In this document: positions 10,757 through 20,557 of the stretch, one piece after another | Position numbering within the stretch: the first letter of the stretch is position 1 | Layout of the letters: each line of letters begins with the position of its first letter | The notes under the pieces: model-generated | Told to the model about the DNA's origin: nothing | Databases searched by the model: none | What the model saw: only the letters and a program-made list of their open reading frames with translations | Translations under genes and position numbers: made by a program | Source: Escherichia phage LF82-41 | Sequence record: PV660463 | Length of the DNA stretch: 64,000 nt | Strand: one strand, 5' to 3'

Positions 10757-11947
10757 TTAGAAATATTTTTTGTATGAATTGATTACATTTTGGTCTACAT
10801 CATTATCAATTTGTGCGACAAGATAAGAACTGATTTCAACTTCCTGAGGAGCTGCTTGAACTAAATCAGAGTTCAGATATTCACGAATCCAAGGATACGG
10901 ATGCTTGGTCGGAGCATCAGTGATTGGGCATGGCAAACCGCACTGTTTCATACGAGACACAGTCAAGTAATCAACAAAAGCACACATACTCTGCGTATTG
11001 ATACCTGGACATGTACCATCTTTAAAGAGGTGTGCAGCCCATTCCTTCTCTTGACTATTTACTTCCATAAAGATATCTACTGCTTCTTGCTCACACTCTT
11101 TAGCAATTTGAACCCACTCATCACCATCAGTACCAGATTGAAGTTGACGGATAATGTACTGAGTACCCTTGAGGTGGAGTTGTTCGTCACGAGCAATGAA
11201 CTTCATAATCTTTGCATTACCTTCCATAATTTCCATATTTTTATGGAAGTTGAAAGTACATGCAAATGATACGTAAAAACGAATAGCTTCCAACGCGTTG
11301 ATTACATGGAGGCAGAGGTAAAGAGATTTCATTAGCTCACGCTTCCAATATGTCTCATGCTCAATAGCATCTTCAATAACGTCTTCGTCTGCATTAATTT
11401 CTTTTTGGTATTCGATATCAGCTTTAGCGTTTTCCCAATAACGAGTTTTAACCAGAACATCATCGTAATATTTACCTATTGATTCAGCTCGTTTCATGAT
11501 TGCTTCGTCTAATACAATCTCATCAAATACCTTAGATGGGTCTGTATAAAGATTTCGCATAATATGAGTATACGAACGAGAGTGAATAGTTTCACTGAAT
11601 GTCCATGTTGCAACCCATGTATCTAATGAAGGGTCAGAAATCAGTGCCATAAGTACCGCAGATGGGGCCCTGCCTTGGATAGAATCTAATAATGATTGAT
11701 ACTTAAGATTGTTTGTAAAGATGTCCTGTTGGAACTGAGGAAGCTTATTGAACTGCGCAGAGTCCAACATCAAGTTTACCTCTTCGGGGCGCCAGAAAAA
11801 TGAGAGAGATTTTTCAGTAAGGTCTTCAAAAACTTTATGGCGTTGAATATCATAACGCGCAATACCAAGACCAGAACCAAAGAACATCGGTTCATTCAAA
11901 ACATCGACTTGTTGTGTGTTAAAAACTGTACTCATTATATTTCTCAC
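10757..11947 (-). CDS. nrdB: ribonucleotide reductase small subunit (class Ia)
   Basis: Continuous ORF with di-iron/tyrosyl-radical family features; likely true start is the internal ATG at 11935 (MSTVF...); no intron. Confidence 0.93.
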   Translation of the reverse strand: MRNIMSTVFNTQQVDVLNEPMFFGSGLGIARYDIQRHKVFEDLTEKSLSFFWRPEEVNLMLDSAQFNKLPQFQQDIFTNNLKYQSLLDSIQGRAPSAVLMALISDPSLDTWVATWTFSETIHSRSYTHIMRNLYTDPSKVFDEIVLDEAIMKRAESIGKYYDDVLVKTRYWENAKADIEYQKEINADEDVIEDAIEHETYWKRELMKSLYLCLHVINALEAIRFYVSFACTFNFHKNMEIMEGNAKIMKFIARDEQLHLKGTQYIIRQLQSGTDGDEWVQIAKECEQEAVDIFMEVNSQEKEWAAHLFKDGTCPGINTQSMCAFVDYLTVSRMKQCGLPCPITDAPTKHPYPWIREYLNSDLVQAAPQEVEISSYLVAQIDNDVDQNVINSYKKYF

Positions 11948-11988
11948 TTAGTTTTAACTCATCCATGAGTAAATTATAATCAAAAGTC

Positions 11989-14244
11989 TTAAAGCTTACA
12001 AGCAGAACAATCTTCAGCTTTAGGTGTTTCTAATTCATAGTCATCTGTACCTGACCCATCACGAGTGTTATGATAGTAGAGGTTTTTTCCACCAAAGTAC
12101 CAGAAGTAAAGCAGATCGTCAAGCATTACTGACATTGGCACTTTACCTTTCTCAAATACTGCAGGGTCATAGTAAGTATTAGCAGAAGCAGATTGGCACA
12201 CCCATTTCAACATGATAGCAACTTGAGTCAAATAAGGTTTATTACCTTTCTTAGCAAGTTTCCACGCGTAGTCGTAAAGACCCATGTTATGTTCTATATT
12301 AGGAACAACCTGACGGAAGTTGCCTTCTTTAGATTCTTTAATACTCACTGGACCACGCGGCGGTTCAATCCCGTTTGTAGAGTTAGATACTTGACTGCTT
12401 GACTCACAAGGCATGAGTGCAGACAACGTTGAGTTACGAATTCCATGTTCTTTGAGTTCAGCTCGAAGTTCTTCCCAGTCACAGACGTAGTTCGGGGCTG
12501 CGATTTGGTCAATTTTTTTATTGTACCAGTCGATAGGTAATTCGCCTCTAGACCATTTAGTGTCTGAATAATACTCACAAGGTCCTTTTTCTTTGGCAAG
12601 TTTGATTGACGCTTTGATAAGGCCATATTGTAATCTCTCAAACAATTCATGAGTCAAATCGTTAGCATCTTCGTATGAAGCAAAGTTAGAAGCTAACCAG
12701 GCTGCATAGTTAGTAACACCAATACCAAGATTACGACGCTTTTTAGCTTTTAAAGCTTCTGGAACCGGATAGTCTTGATAGTCTAACAGGTTATCAAGTG
12801 CACGTACTTGTACTTCGGCCAGTTCATTAATTTTATCTTGGTCTTGCCAATCAAATTTATCTAATACAAAAGCAGATAACGTACATAAACCAATTTCAGC
12901 ATCAGGACCATTCACATCATTAGTTGGAATAGCGATTTCACAACATAAGTTACTTTGACGAATTGGAGCTTTTTCACGAATAAATGGAGTGTAGTTATTC
13001 GTGTTATCAACAAACTGTGGATAAATTCGAGCAGTACCAGAACGTTCAGTCATGAACAATTCAAAGAGTTCTAGTGCTTTGATTCTTTTCTTTCTGATTG
13101 TTGGGTCTTTTTCAGCTTTCTCATAAAGCTCACGGAATTTATCTTGATCTTCAAAGAACGAGTAATATAGTTCGCCTGACATTTCGTGAGGGCTAAATAA
13201 AGTAATATAATCATTTTTACCAAGGCGTTCCATCATAAGGTCATTAATCTGAATTCCGTAGTCCATATGTCGAATACGGTTTTCATCCACGCCTTTGTTA
13301 TTTTTCAGAACTAATAGGTTCTCTACTTCTAAGTGCCACATCGGATAATACGCTGTAGCAGCACCACCACGAATACCACCTTGAGAACAAGATTTTACTG
13401 CAGTTTGGAAATGTTTCCAGAACGGAATAACACCAGTATGTCGAACTTCACCCATACCGATCTTAGAACCTTCTGCACGAAGCATACCAACGTTGATACC
13501 AATACCAGCTCGTTTAGAAATATATTCAATAATTGATGCCGAAGTTTTGTTAATAGATTTTAACGAATCACCAGCTTCAATAACTACACAACTAGAGAAC
13601 TGGCGAGTTGGAGTACGAGCACCTGCCATAATTGGAGTAGGCAATGAAACTTGATGAGTAGAAACGGCATCATAAAAACGAATAATATGTTTCAAACGGT
13701 CATGAGTTTCATCCTGATGTAAGGCCATGCCAATAGCCATGATAGCAAACTGTGGAGTTTCATAAATCTTCCCAGTTGTTTTATCTTTAACTAGATATTT
13801 TTCTTTAAGCTGCATAGCACCAGCATAAGTCAGGTCAAAGTCTCGTTCATGTTTAATCTGTGAATCGAGATAAATGATTTCTTCTGCTGAATATTGAGAC
13901 AACAGCTCAGGGTCGTATTTGCCTTCATTAACACAATAAGAAATATGGTCGATAAAAGCAGGCGGTTCAAACTGCCCATACACATCTTTACGAAGTGCAA
14001 ACATTAATCCTTTAGCGGCAACATATTGATAGTCAGGTTCTTCGACAGAAATCAAGTTAGCTGCAACTTTAATACAAATCTTCTGGATATCTTTGGTACT
14101 CATCCCATCAACCAGATGAGTCTTAATTTCTTCATACAATTCGTATGGGTCGATTTGTGTTCCTTCACACTGCCAAGTTAAGACTTGAATAATTTTCTGT
14201 GCATCAAAATTTTGGGATACACCACTGCTCTTAGTTACTTGCAT
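11989..14244 (-). CDS. nrdA: ribonucleotide reductase large subunit (class Ia)
   Basis: 751 aa; active-site SNLCCEIA and C-terminal Cys pair (CSACKL). Confidence 0.95.
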   Translation of the reverse strand: MQVTKSSGVSQNFDAQKIIQVLTWQCEGTQIDPYELYEEIKTHLVDGMSTKDIQKICIKVAANLISVEEPDYQYVAAKGLMFALRKDVYGQFEPPAFIDHISYCVNEGKYDPELLSQYSAEEIIYLDSQIKHERDFDLTYAGAMQLKEKYLVKDKTTGKIYETPQFAIMAIGMALHQDETHDRLKHIIRFYDAVSTHQVSLPTPIMAGARTPTRQFSSCVVIEAGDSLKSINKTSASIIEYISKRAGIGINVGMLRAEGSKIGMGEVRHTGVIPFWKHFQTAVKSCSQGGIRGGAATAYYPMWHLEVENLLVLKNNKGVDENRIRHMDYGIQINDLMMERLGKNDYITLFSPHEMSGELYYSFFEDQDKFRELYEKAEKDPTIRKKRIKALELFELFMTERSGTARIYPQFVDNTNNYTPFIREKAPIRQSNLCCEIAIPTNDVNGPDAEIGLCTLSAFVLDKFDWQDQDKINELAEVQVRALDNLLDYQDYPVPEALKAKKRRNLGIGVTNYAAWLASNFASYEDANDLTHELFERLQYGLIKASIKLAKEKGPCEYYSDTKWSRGELPIDWYNKKIDQIAAPNYVCDWEELRAELKEHGIRNSTLSALMPCESSSQVSNSTNGIEPPRGPVSIKESKEGNFRQVVPNIEHNMGLYDYAWKLAKKGNKPYLTQVAIMLKWVCQSASANTYYDPAVFEKGKVPMSVMLDDLLYFWYFGGKNLYYHNTRDGSGTDDYELETPKAEDCSACKL

Positions 14245-14331
14245 ATATTCCTCAGTATAGGTTGATAGACATTACTCCAAACGGGATAGTATTTATCCCG
14301 TTAATTTATTATACACTTTTAAACTGAAGCG

Positions 14332-14586
14332 TTAATTATCCTCAGCAATAATTTCTTCATATTCTTTAGGAGTCAAGACTGTAATATCGAAATAAACCAG
14401 AGGCTCTTTTTCCATACCGAATCCACCACAGAATTCACGATATTCATAAATTCGTTCATGTGAATGGCAAATGAATCGTTCACCTTTAACTGTGATTTCA
14501 CTATTCGGTGAAGGGATATCCAGTTCACTCGGATTTTTCATTTCAAAAATTGTGGTGCCATATGAATTAATAAAACGTAAAATCAT
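14332..14586 (-). CDS. hypothetical protein (about 84 aa)
   Basis: Track ORF 14332-14649 trimmed to ATG at 14586, 1 nt after td stop. Confidence 0.4.
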   Translation of the reverse strand: MILRFINSYGTTIFEMKNPSELDIPSPNSEITVKGERFICHSHERIYEYREFCGGFGMEKEPLVYFDITVLTPKEYEEIIAEDN

Positions 14587-14587
14587 T

Positions 14588-15448
14588 TTATACCGCCATT
14601 TTAGCTTTGATAGCTGGATGTGATTCGTAATTTTTAAGAATGAAATCACTCGGATTCATATGCTCTGTTACCCAATGAAGCTGTAGTGTCGTGCTCCAAT
14701 CAGAGAATCCTTCAGGCCAATCAATTTTAAGTTCACACAGTTCTTTAGGCTCACGACGAAGAACTTCTTTGCATTGTTCTACATGATTGCTGTAGATATG
14801 CGTGTTGCCGCCTGAGAACACTAAATCGCCCGGGATAAGATTACACATCTTAGCTACAATATGAGTCAAGGCAGCGTACGAGGCAATGTTGAACGGCAAA
14901 CCCAAGAAAACATCTACACTGCGTTGATACCATTGTAAATCAAGATGTCCATTACGCACATTGAACTGATAGAACATATGGCAAGGAGGAAGAGCCATTT
15001 GATTTATTTCGGCCGGATTCCAGGCAGAAACAATTTGACGACGATCAGTTGGTAATTTTTTAATACGGTCGATTGTTTCAACTAATTGGTCCACACCACC
15101 GAAATCACGCCATTGTTTACCATATATAGGACCAAGTTCACCACTATGATAACCGAGGTCTTTTGCCTGATTTTCGTAATTATCGTCCCAAATAGTTTTA
15201 CCTTCAATTAGACTACCATGAGTACGAAGACGTAATTCATTAACATTAGTAGAACCGGACATGAACCACAGTAACTCGGCAATACAAGCTTTCCATGCTA
15301 ATTTCTTAGTTGTTACTGCAGGGAATCCTTTAGTCAGGTCCCAACGTAATTTAGTTCCGAACAGGGCAATTGTTCCTGTGCCTGTACGGTCGTCTGTTTC
15401 GTAGCCATTTTCTAGGATATCATTAATCAGGTATTGGTATTGTTTCAT
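14588..15448 (-). CDS. td: thymidylate synthase
   Basis: 286 aa uninterrupted ORF; active-site PCH motif (ALPPCHMFYQF); no intron. Confidence 0.95.
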   Translation of the reverse strand: MKQYQYLINDILENGYETDDRTGTGTIALFGTKLRWDLTKGFPAVTTKKLAWKACIAELLWFMSGSTNVNELRLRTHGSLIEGKTIWDDNYENQAKDLGYHSGELGPIYGKQWRDFGGVDQLVETIDRIKKLPTDRRQIVSAWNPAEINQMALPPCHMFYQFNVRNGHLDLQWYQRSVDVFLGLPFNIASYAALTHIVAKMCNLIPGDLVFSGGNTHIYSNHVEQCKEVLRREPKELCELKIDWPEGFSDWSTTLQLHWVTEHMNPSDFILKNYESHPAIKAKMAV

Positions 15449-16032
15449 TTATATACGCTCTCAGTAATTTCGGTGAGTTCATCGATTCTGTAGTAATGAG
15501 ATTCTACCATAGAACGTTGAAGCATAATATCTTGGATGAAATCTTTATCAAGTTGAACATCGGAATTAACACGACATTTCTTAATGATTTTAGTCATCAC
15601 AATTTCATCGGCATAAGGCAGTGCTTGTTTTAATAAGGCAGAACCGCCGATAACAGATACATCAACATGTTCAGTAGAAAGTTTAAACGGTACGTCTGTT
15701 GAAGGGCCGAACAAGTTAATTTCACTACCAGTCACCAGGGTAATAAATTCTGCTTGGGTGATATAGAACCGTGCAAGTTCGTCGCTTTTAGTCCTAGGCA
15801 GTTTTCTGGCCATATCAGTGACAACCACATGAGTACGATCTGGTAGTAGACGAGGTAATGATGCAAAAGTCTTAGCACCCATAACCAATACAGTGTTTTT
15901 AGTGCGAGCAACAAAGTTACTCATATCTTGTTTGATATGCTTCCACGGCAGTCCATCACCTAATCCAAAAGCATATTCCAGTTTATCATCAACTGTTTTA
16001 GATGGTGCGCATGCGAATACCAATTTAAGCAT
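15445..16032 (-). CDS. frd: dihydrofolate reductase
   Basis: 195 aa; position between td and 32 as in T4; DHFR-like length. Confidence 0.85.
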   Translation of the reverse strand: MLKLVFACAPSKTVDDKLEYAFGLGDGLPWKHIKQDMSNFVARTKNTVLVMGAKTFASLPRLLPDRTHVVVTDMARKLPRTKSDELARFYITQAEFITLVTGSEINLFGPSTDVPFKLSTEHVDVSVIGGSALLKQALPYADEIVMTKIIKKCRVNSDVQLDKDFIQDIMLQRSMVESHYYRIDELTEITESVYK

Positions 16033-16270
16033 CTTTAAGCCCTTTAATAACTTTTTGGATTTGTGATTTTGATGAAACTAAATCACACTGGATTTGGCAA
16101 CCATCGGCAGGGTCAAATGTTGTAACGCAAACACGTGCTGGCATGGTGTATTCGTCAGACAAATCGAATGCATCAGCAATATATTTGGCTAAATCCGGGT
16201 GGTCTAAATTGACCGAAGTATAAACTTCATATCCGTCATCACCCTTGGAGTATTCAACAACAATAATCAT
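16025..16270 (-). CDS. hypothetical protein (81 aa, frd.x-like)
   Basis: ORF track. Confidence 0.45.
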   Translation of the reverse strand: MIIVVEYSKGDDGYEVYTSVNLDHPDLAKYIADAFDLSDEYTMPARVCVTTFDPADGCQIQCDLVSSKSQIQKVIKGLKDA

Positions 16271-16272
16271 TT

Positions 16273-16464
16273 TTATTTCCTCAGATATTTTTTGACCATA
16301 TAGTATTGGAATTCAAACATTCTTGAATCAATAACAAAAATTTGTTTTCTTGGGCATTCATTTAATCGTACAGCTGAACACCCAAACGCAAGTTCATGAT
16401 ATTGTTTCTTTTCTATTTCTGAAAGGAAAGTTCTAAGATAACGGAAAAATAGACAGTTAATCAT
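16273..16464 (-). CDS. hypothetical protein (63 aa)
   Basis: ORF track. Confidence 0.35.
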   Translation of the reverse strand: MINCLFFRYLRTFLSEIEKKQYHELAFGCSAVRLNECPRKQIFVIDSRMFEFQYYMVKKYLRK

Positions 16465-16466
16465 AA

Positions 16467-16778
16467 TTATTTCCTCAGATTTTTCTTAACAACTTTCCAA
16501 TCGGCTTTAAACGATTCAACATCAGAATGGTGAATCCAGAATCCTGCGCTTTCACCATCTTCGTAGAGTGGACATCCATCACATTCTTCATTCCATCCCA
16601 TTTCACGTAAAGCTTCTTCAGCTTGTTCAAGGAGTTCAGCATCTTTACCAACAACGTTGAAGTACCATTTACCTCTAACTTCAGAATCTTTGATGCTCTG
16701 TCGTTGCAATCTCATTTTATTCTCCTTCACTTTTGATTTGATAGGGCTACTATAACATAGCCCTATCTGATTGTACAC
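16467..16778 (-). CDS. hypothetical protein (103 aa)
   Basis: ORF track. Confidence 0.45.
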   Translation of the reverse strand: MYNQIGLCYSSPIKSKVKENKMRLQRQSIKDSEVRGKWYFNVVGKDAELLEQAEEALREMGWNEECDGCPLYEDGESAGFWIHHSDVESFKADWKVVKKNLRK

Positions 16779-17164
16779 TACTTTTTAAAAGTTTTTTGCA
16801 AAAGTTTGATGATTTCGTCGACGTTGGTTTCATCTACAATACAATGGATTTTTGTTACACCTAAAGTTATACCTTCGTTAGTAGATTGTGGCTTTTCTAA
16901 AGTTACCTCAGTAAAGTATTTGAATTCTTCAGAGTAAATCTCAAAATACGTCTCAAGTGGGCCACCAGCCATGTATTCAGTGCCGTCTTCCATAGTTACA
17001 CGTACCACACAGTCACCAGCACAATCATCACTTTCCATTTCATCTACAACAAAACTAGGTCCGTGCTTCTCTATTAAATTTAGCATCATTACATTGCAAC
17101 GGCACTCGTTAGCAAAGTCATCTTTAAATAAAGGGTTAATGATATAAGATTTTCCGATTTCCAT
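16778..17164 (-). CDS. hypothetical protein (128 aa)
   Basis: ORF track; early promoter at 17193-17222. Confidence 0.45.
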   Translation of the reverse strand: MEIGKSYIINPLFKDDFANECRCNVMMLNLIEKHGPSFVVDEMESDDCAGDCVVRVTMEDGTEYMAGGPLETYFEIYSEEFKYFTEVTLEKPQSTNEGITLGVTKIHCIVDETNVDEIIKLLQKTFKK

Positions 17165-17192
17165 TTTGATTTCCTCATGTTGTTGATAAGTC

Positions 17193-17222
17193 TATACTAA
17201 CACATCCAGGGAAGAAGTAAAC
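17193..17222 (-). promoter_or_regulatory. early-type promoter
   Basis: rc: GTTTAC-N17-TAGTAT. Confidence 0.5.
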
Positions 17223-17253
17223 AACTTTTTCAGCAATTTACAGATACTCAAAA

Positions 17254-17271
17254 GGGAGACCGAAGTCTCCC
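17254..17271 (-). terminator. UUCG-tetraloop hairpin after gene 32
   Basis: rc GGGAGAC-UUCG-GUCUCCC then UUUUGAG. Confidence 0.55.
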
Positions 17272-17277
17272 AATTTA

Positions 17278-18177
17278 TTATAGACCAGCTAACAGGTCAT
17301 CGAGGTCGCCATCGTCAGAAGACGAGGAACTCATGAAGTCATCTTCAGTTTTTGCAGAACTAAAGGCTTCCATGTCTTTATCAAAATCGTCAAGGTCGGA
17401 AGCAACTTTATCTGCAACAGAAGCTGCTGCGGCTGCTGCACCACCAAGAGCGGCAGTGCCAAGAACCTTAGCGAAAGATTCATTTAATTTTTCAAAGGAT
17501 TTGAACTGGTCTTTAGCCGTCAAAGTAGTAAGGTCTACCATCTGGTCATATAGTTCTTTCTGGAATGCTTCGTCATTAATACGAGGAATTTCAGATTGAC
17601 CCAAGAATTTAGATTCGTCGTAGTTGCTAAAACCAGAAACCTGCTTAGCTTTCAGAACGAAGTTGGCACCTTCAAACGGGCAAGTAACATCAACCGGAGT
17701 TTCACCCATTTCGGTATCAACTGCAATCATTGCATTGATTTTGTCCCAAATCTTTTTACCGAAACGATATTTAAATACTTTACCTTCATTATCTGGAGCT
17801 TGAGGGTCTTTAACAACCAGAATATTAGCCCAATAAGAAGTTTTACGTTTCAGTTGAGAATATTCAGTTTTGTTGGTATTGTACAGGTCATTTTTACTAA
17901 TGTACTGACATACAGGACAAGAGTCGTAATCACCATGTGTAGAAGAGCAATTTTCAATATACCATTTACCATTTTTCTTGAAACCGTGGTTAACAAGAAT
18001 TGCAAATGGTAGTGCGTCATCAGTTTTTGCTGGCAGGAAACGAATTACCGCTTGACCATTACCTGATGCATCTAGCTTCAGCTTCCATTCGCCTTTATCT
18101 TCTGAAGAGAAACCTTTGTTACCGTTCAGTTTAGCCATTTGAGCAGCGAGGTCAGCAGTAGATTTACGTTTAAACAT
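17278..18177 (-). CDS. 32: single-stranded DNA-binding protein gp32
   Basis: 299 aa; zinc site [16 protein letters not shown]; acidic Ser/Asp-rich C-terminus. Confidence 0.95.
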   Translation of the reverse strand: MFKRKSTADLAAQMAKLNGNKGFSSEDKGEWKLKLDASGNGQAVIRFLPAKTDDALPFAILVNHGFKKNGKWYIENCSSTHGDYDSCPVCQYISKNDLYNTNKTEYSQLKRKTSYWANILVVKDPQAPDNEGKVFKYRFGKKIWDKINAMIAVDTEMGETPVDVTCPFEGANFVLKAKQVSGFSNYDESKFLGQSEIPRINDEAFQKELYDQMVDLTTLTAKDQFKSFEKLNESFAKVLGTAALGGAAAAAASVADKVASDLDDFDKDMEAFSSAKTEDDFMSSSSSDDGDLDDLLAGL

Positions 18178-18256
18178 TATATTTACCTTTATTTAGATTA
18201 TTTAAATTATTTACAGTTGGTTACTACGACACTTATACCTCGTAGCTGGTATGATT

Positions 18257-18264
18257 TATTTATA
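18257..18264 (-). promoter_or_regulatory. late-promoter-like TATAAATA box upstream of gene 32, with MotA-box-like AGCTTTA nearby
   Basis: Forward tatttata = rc TATAAATA about 80 nt upstream of gene 32 start. Confidence 0.4.
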
Positions 18265-18293
18265 AAGTAATTTTAACACACAAGAAATAAAGC

Positions 18294-18947
18294 TTAATAC
18301 TTACATGATTTGATTGTTTCTATGAACAATTTCTTAGCAGCATTTCCATCGATTTGAAGTATTTTTCGATATGCCTTTAATTTGGTAGAATAATTTTGCC
18401 AGACTAAATTGTCGGTGAGTTCGTCGTGCTTATCTATAATATTCAAGAATGAATCCAACAACAAGAAGGTTTCAAATGAAATTATATTGCTTTGTAGCAA
18501 TTTAAATATGTAGCTCGACTGAACTTTATTATTATAATCAAATATCTCTTGAAGCGCACTAACTTCCACTTTCTTACTGAAATAGTAGATGTTACGTACA
18601 TCTTCAGCAAACGTCTCCTTGGCTTGTTTGAGTCGTCCAATATATTCCCTATAGAAAACTAATGCATCAGCGTCTGATATCTCACCAATCCATGCGTCTT
18701 GGTTAGCAACTAAGTTGCTTATGAATATCAAGGTGAGTTCCTTCAATTTATATTTCTCTGCTAGTTTTTCAAAGAAATATTTATCTCGGCGTTTTTGATA
18801 CGCATTATCCGAAACACGCATGCACCAGTTATATTTGATTACGTCATACCGACCACCAAAATGGTTTTTGCACATCAAGTATAGTTTGTATACCGATTTT
18901 CCATTAATATAACGTTCTCCATCAGGAGGCATACGTATTTTAATCAT
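18294..18947 (-). CDS. 59: helicase loader gp59
   Basis: 217 aa as T4 gp59; synteny 32-59-33. Confidence 0.88.
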   Translation of the reverse strand: MIKIRMPPDGERYINGKSVYKLYLMCKNHFGGRYDVIKYNWCMRVSDNAYQKRRDKYFFEKLAEKYKLKELTLIFISNLVANQDAWIGEISDADALVFYREYIGRLKQAKETFAEDVRNIYYFSKKVEVSALQEIFDYNNKVQSSYIFKLLQSNIISFETFLLLDSFLNIIDKHDELTDNLVWQNYSTKLKAYRKILQIDGNAAKKLFIETIKSCKY

Positions 18948-19282
18948 AATAAGAAATCTAACGTATTAGTTTTTTCACCACGAGCAACTGATGGGCGAAG
19001 CATGTTTTCGTCAATTGCTTCGCTTGTAATTTTTTCAACAATTCCTGTAGGAATAAATTTAGCAAATTGTGTTTCTGGAATAGAATTTTCTTCTAAGAAA
19101 GCAGTTGTTGCTTCTAAATAAGACATACCAAATTGTTCAACCATAGATTCGATAATGAATCCGTTTTCTTGCCGGTCAAGCAATTTAGCGATATCATCTT
19201 TATCATGTTTTACTGCTAATTCTTGTTCAGATAAACCGGCCTCATCAACCGGTTTAATATCACTTAGTGAAAACTGTGTCAT
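18944..19282 (-). CDS. 33: late transcription accessory protein gp33
   Basis: 112 aa as T4 gp33; synteny. Confidence 0.85.
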   Translation of the reverse strand: MTQFSLSDIKPVDEAGLSEQELAVKHDKDDIAKLLDRQENGFIIESMVEQFGMSYLEATTAFLEENSIPETQFAKFIPTGIVEKITSEAIDENMLRPSVARGEKTNTLDFLL

Positions 19283-19529
19283 AAAGCTCGACTACCTCTT
19301 CGTTTTCAGCTTCAAATTGATCACGAGCGTCTTTATGATAAAGAGCTAACAAACGATTAAACATTTTTCCATCGACACCAAGCTCTTCTTTAGCACGAGT
19401 ACGAATGTCTTTAATCAGTTCATTATAACCAGAAATTTTAAGTTTGTTATCGGAAGCTTCCTTGACTAGTTTAGCCAGTTCTTCACCATGCACATCTTGA
19501 TTAAATTCAACTGCTTCTTTCTTAGCCAT
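19260..19529 (-). CDS. dsbA: dsDNA-binding protein DsbA
   Basis: Start reassigned to ATG at 19529 (RBS GAGGTAAAC), giving 89 aa as in T4. Confidence 0.75.
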   Translation of the reverse strand: MAKKEAVEFNQDVHGEELAKLVKEASDNKLKISGYNELIKDIRTRAKEELGVDGKMFNRLLALYHKDARDQFEAENEEVVELYDTVFTK

Positions 19530-19536
19530 GTTTACC

Positions 19537-20454
19537 TCAGAATTCATTAATTACACTTGTTAATTTAGAAAGACCAGATTTTACAAAGTATGAATAAATC
19601 TTGCCTTTAGGTTGTTGTTTATACGAGTTATAATACTCTATAATGGTTGAAGCAATATTATCAGGGATATAATCAAAATCAATGAGAACCAAATTTTCTT
19701 GATACCGTTTATATTCTTCTGCACTTAATAATACTTCAGCTTGAGAACGGTCATTGGCAATTGCTTCAATAATCGTCGTTTTCATGCTCGGAGTTCGTTC
19801 ACCATCAACTCGAGTAAACCAGAAGTCACCACGAACTCGAACAGATGCAACGCCATCTTTACGGTCACCTTTAAGAATTTTAGTCATGCAATCAATTTCA
19901 GCAGAACCGTTCTTAATTTTAACCCATTTTTTCTGTGGTGGCGACCACTGTTTAACGTTAGGGTATTTGTGTAATTGTGTAAAGTCACCGTCTGATGCAA
20001 CAATACATACCTTATGACCGGCTAATGACAAATATTTAGTTAATACACCGATATGGTCATCCGCTTCATACTTATCAATATCCATTACAACGTATGGCAT
20101 GTATTTCTTAATCTCATCAACAACTTGGCGGAGTGCAGTAAAATATCCTTCCCAATCCCACTTTGAAGCTTCACGATCGGTTTTACGATTTTTCTTGTAA
20201 TAGTAAGCAAAATCACGTCGCCAATAACCTGAAGTAGCATTATCCATACACAATACAAATTTTGTATAGCCTTGCTTACGGAACATCACTACGTTTTTAC
20301 GAATTGAATTCAAGATTACATGACGAACCATCGGAACAGTAATTTTATCGCCGTCTTCAAAGTTGTTTAATGCAGCTGCCAATGCAATGTTACTAAAGTC
20401 GGCAAGTGCAATACCTTCTTTGTAATCTTCATCCAACATCATTTCTAAATCCAT
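19537..20454 (-). CDS. rnh: RNase H (5'-3' exonuclease, FEN-1 family)
   Basis: 305 aa as T4 RNase H; synteny preceding gene 34. Confidence 0.9.
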   Translation of the reverse strand: MDLEMMLDEDYKEGIALADFSNIALAAALNNFEDGDKITVPMVRHVILNSIRKNVVMFRKQGYTKFVLCMDNATSGYWRRDFAYYYKKNRKTDREASKWDWEGYFTALRQVVDEIKKYMPYVVMDIDKYEADDHIGVLTKYLSLAGHKVCIVASDGDFTQLHKYPNVKQWSPPQKKWVKIKNGSAEIDCMTKILKGDRKDGVASVRVRGDFWFTRVDGERTPSMKTTIIEAIANDRSQAEVLLSAEEYKRYQENLVLIDFDYIPDNIASTIIEYYNSYKQQPKGKIYSYFVKSGLSKLTSVINEF

Positions 20455-20483
20455 ATGAACCTCTTGTTCAGTTAGTCAACTTG

Positions 20484-20516
20484 TCTATAGTAACACACTC
20501 ATTTGAAAGCGTAAAC
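20484..20516 (-). promoter_or_regulatory. early-type promoter upstream of rnh
   Basis: rc: GTTTAC-N17-TACTAT. Confidence 0.5.
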
Positions 20517-20519
20517 TGG

Positions 20520-20527
20520 TATAAATA
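20520..20527 (+). promoter_or_regulatory. late promoter (TATAAATA) for gene 34
   Basis: Exact TATAAATA 30 nt upstream of gene 34 ATG. Confidence 0.75.
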
Positions 20528-20557
20528 AGTATTATTGAAACAATAAAGGAAAAACGA

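Noticed and set aside
12345-12650. Minus-strand 101-aa ORF nested inside nrdA in another frame
   Set aside because: Fully contained within the well-supported nrdA coding region; no independent signals.
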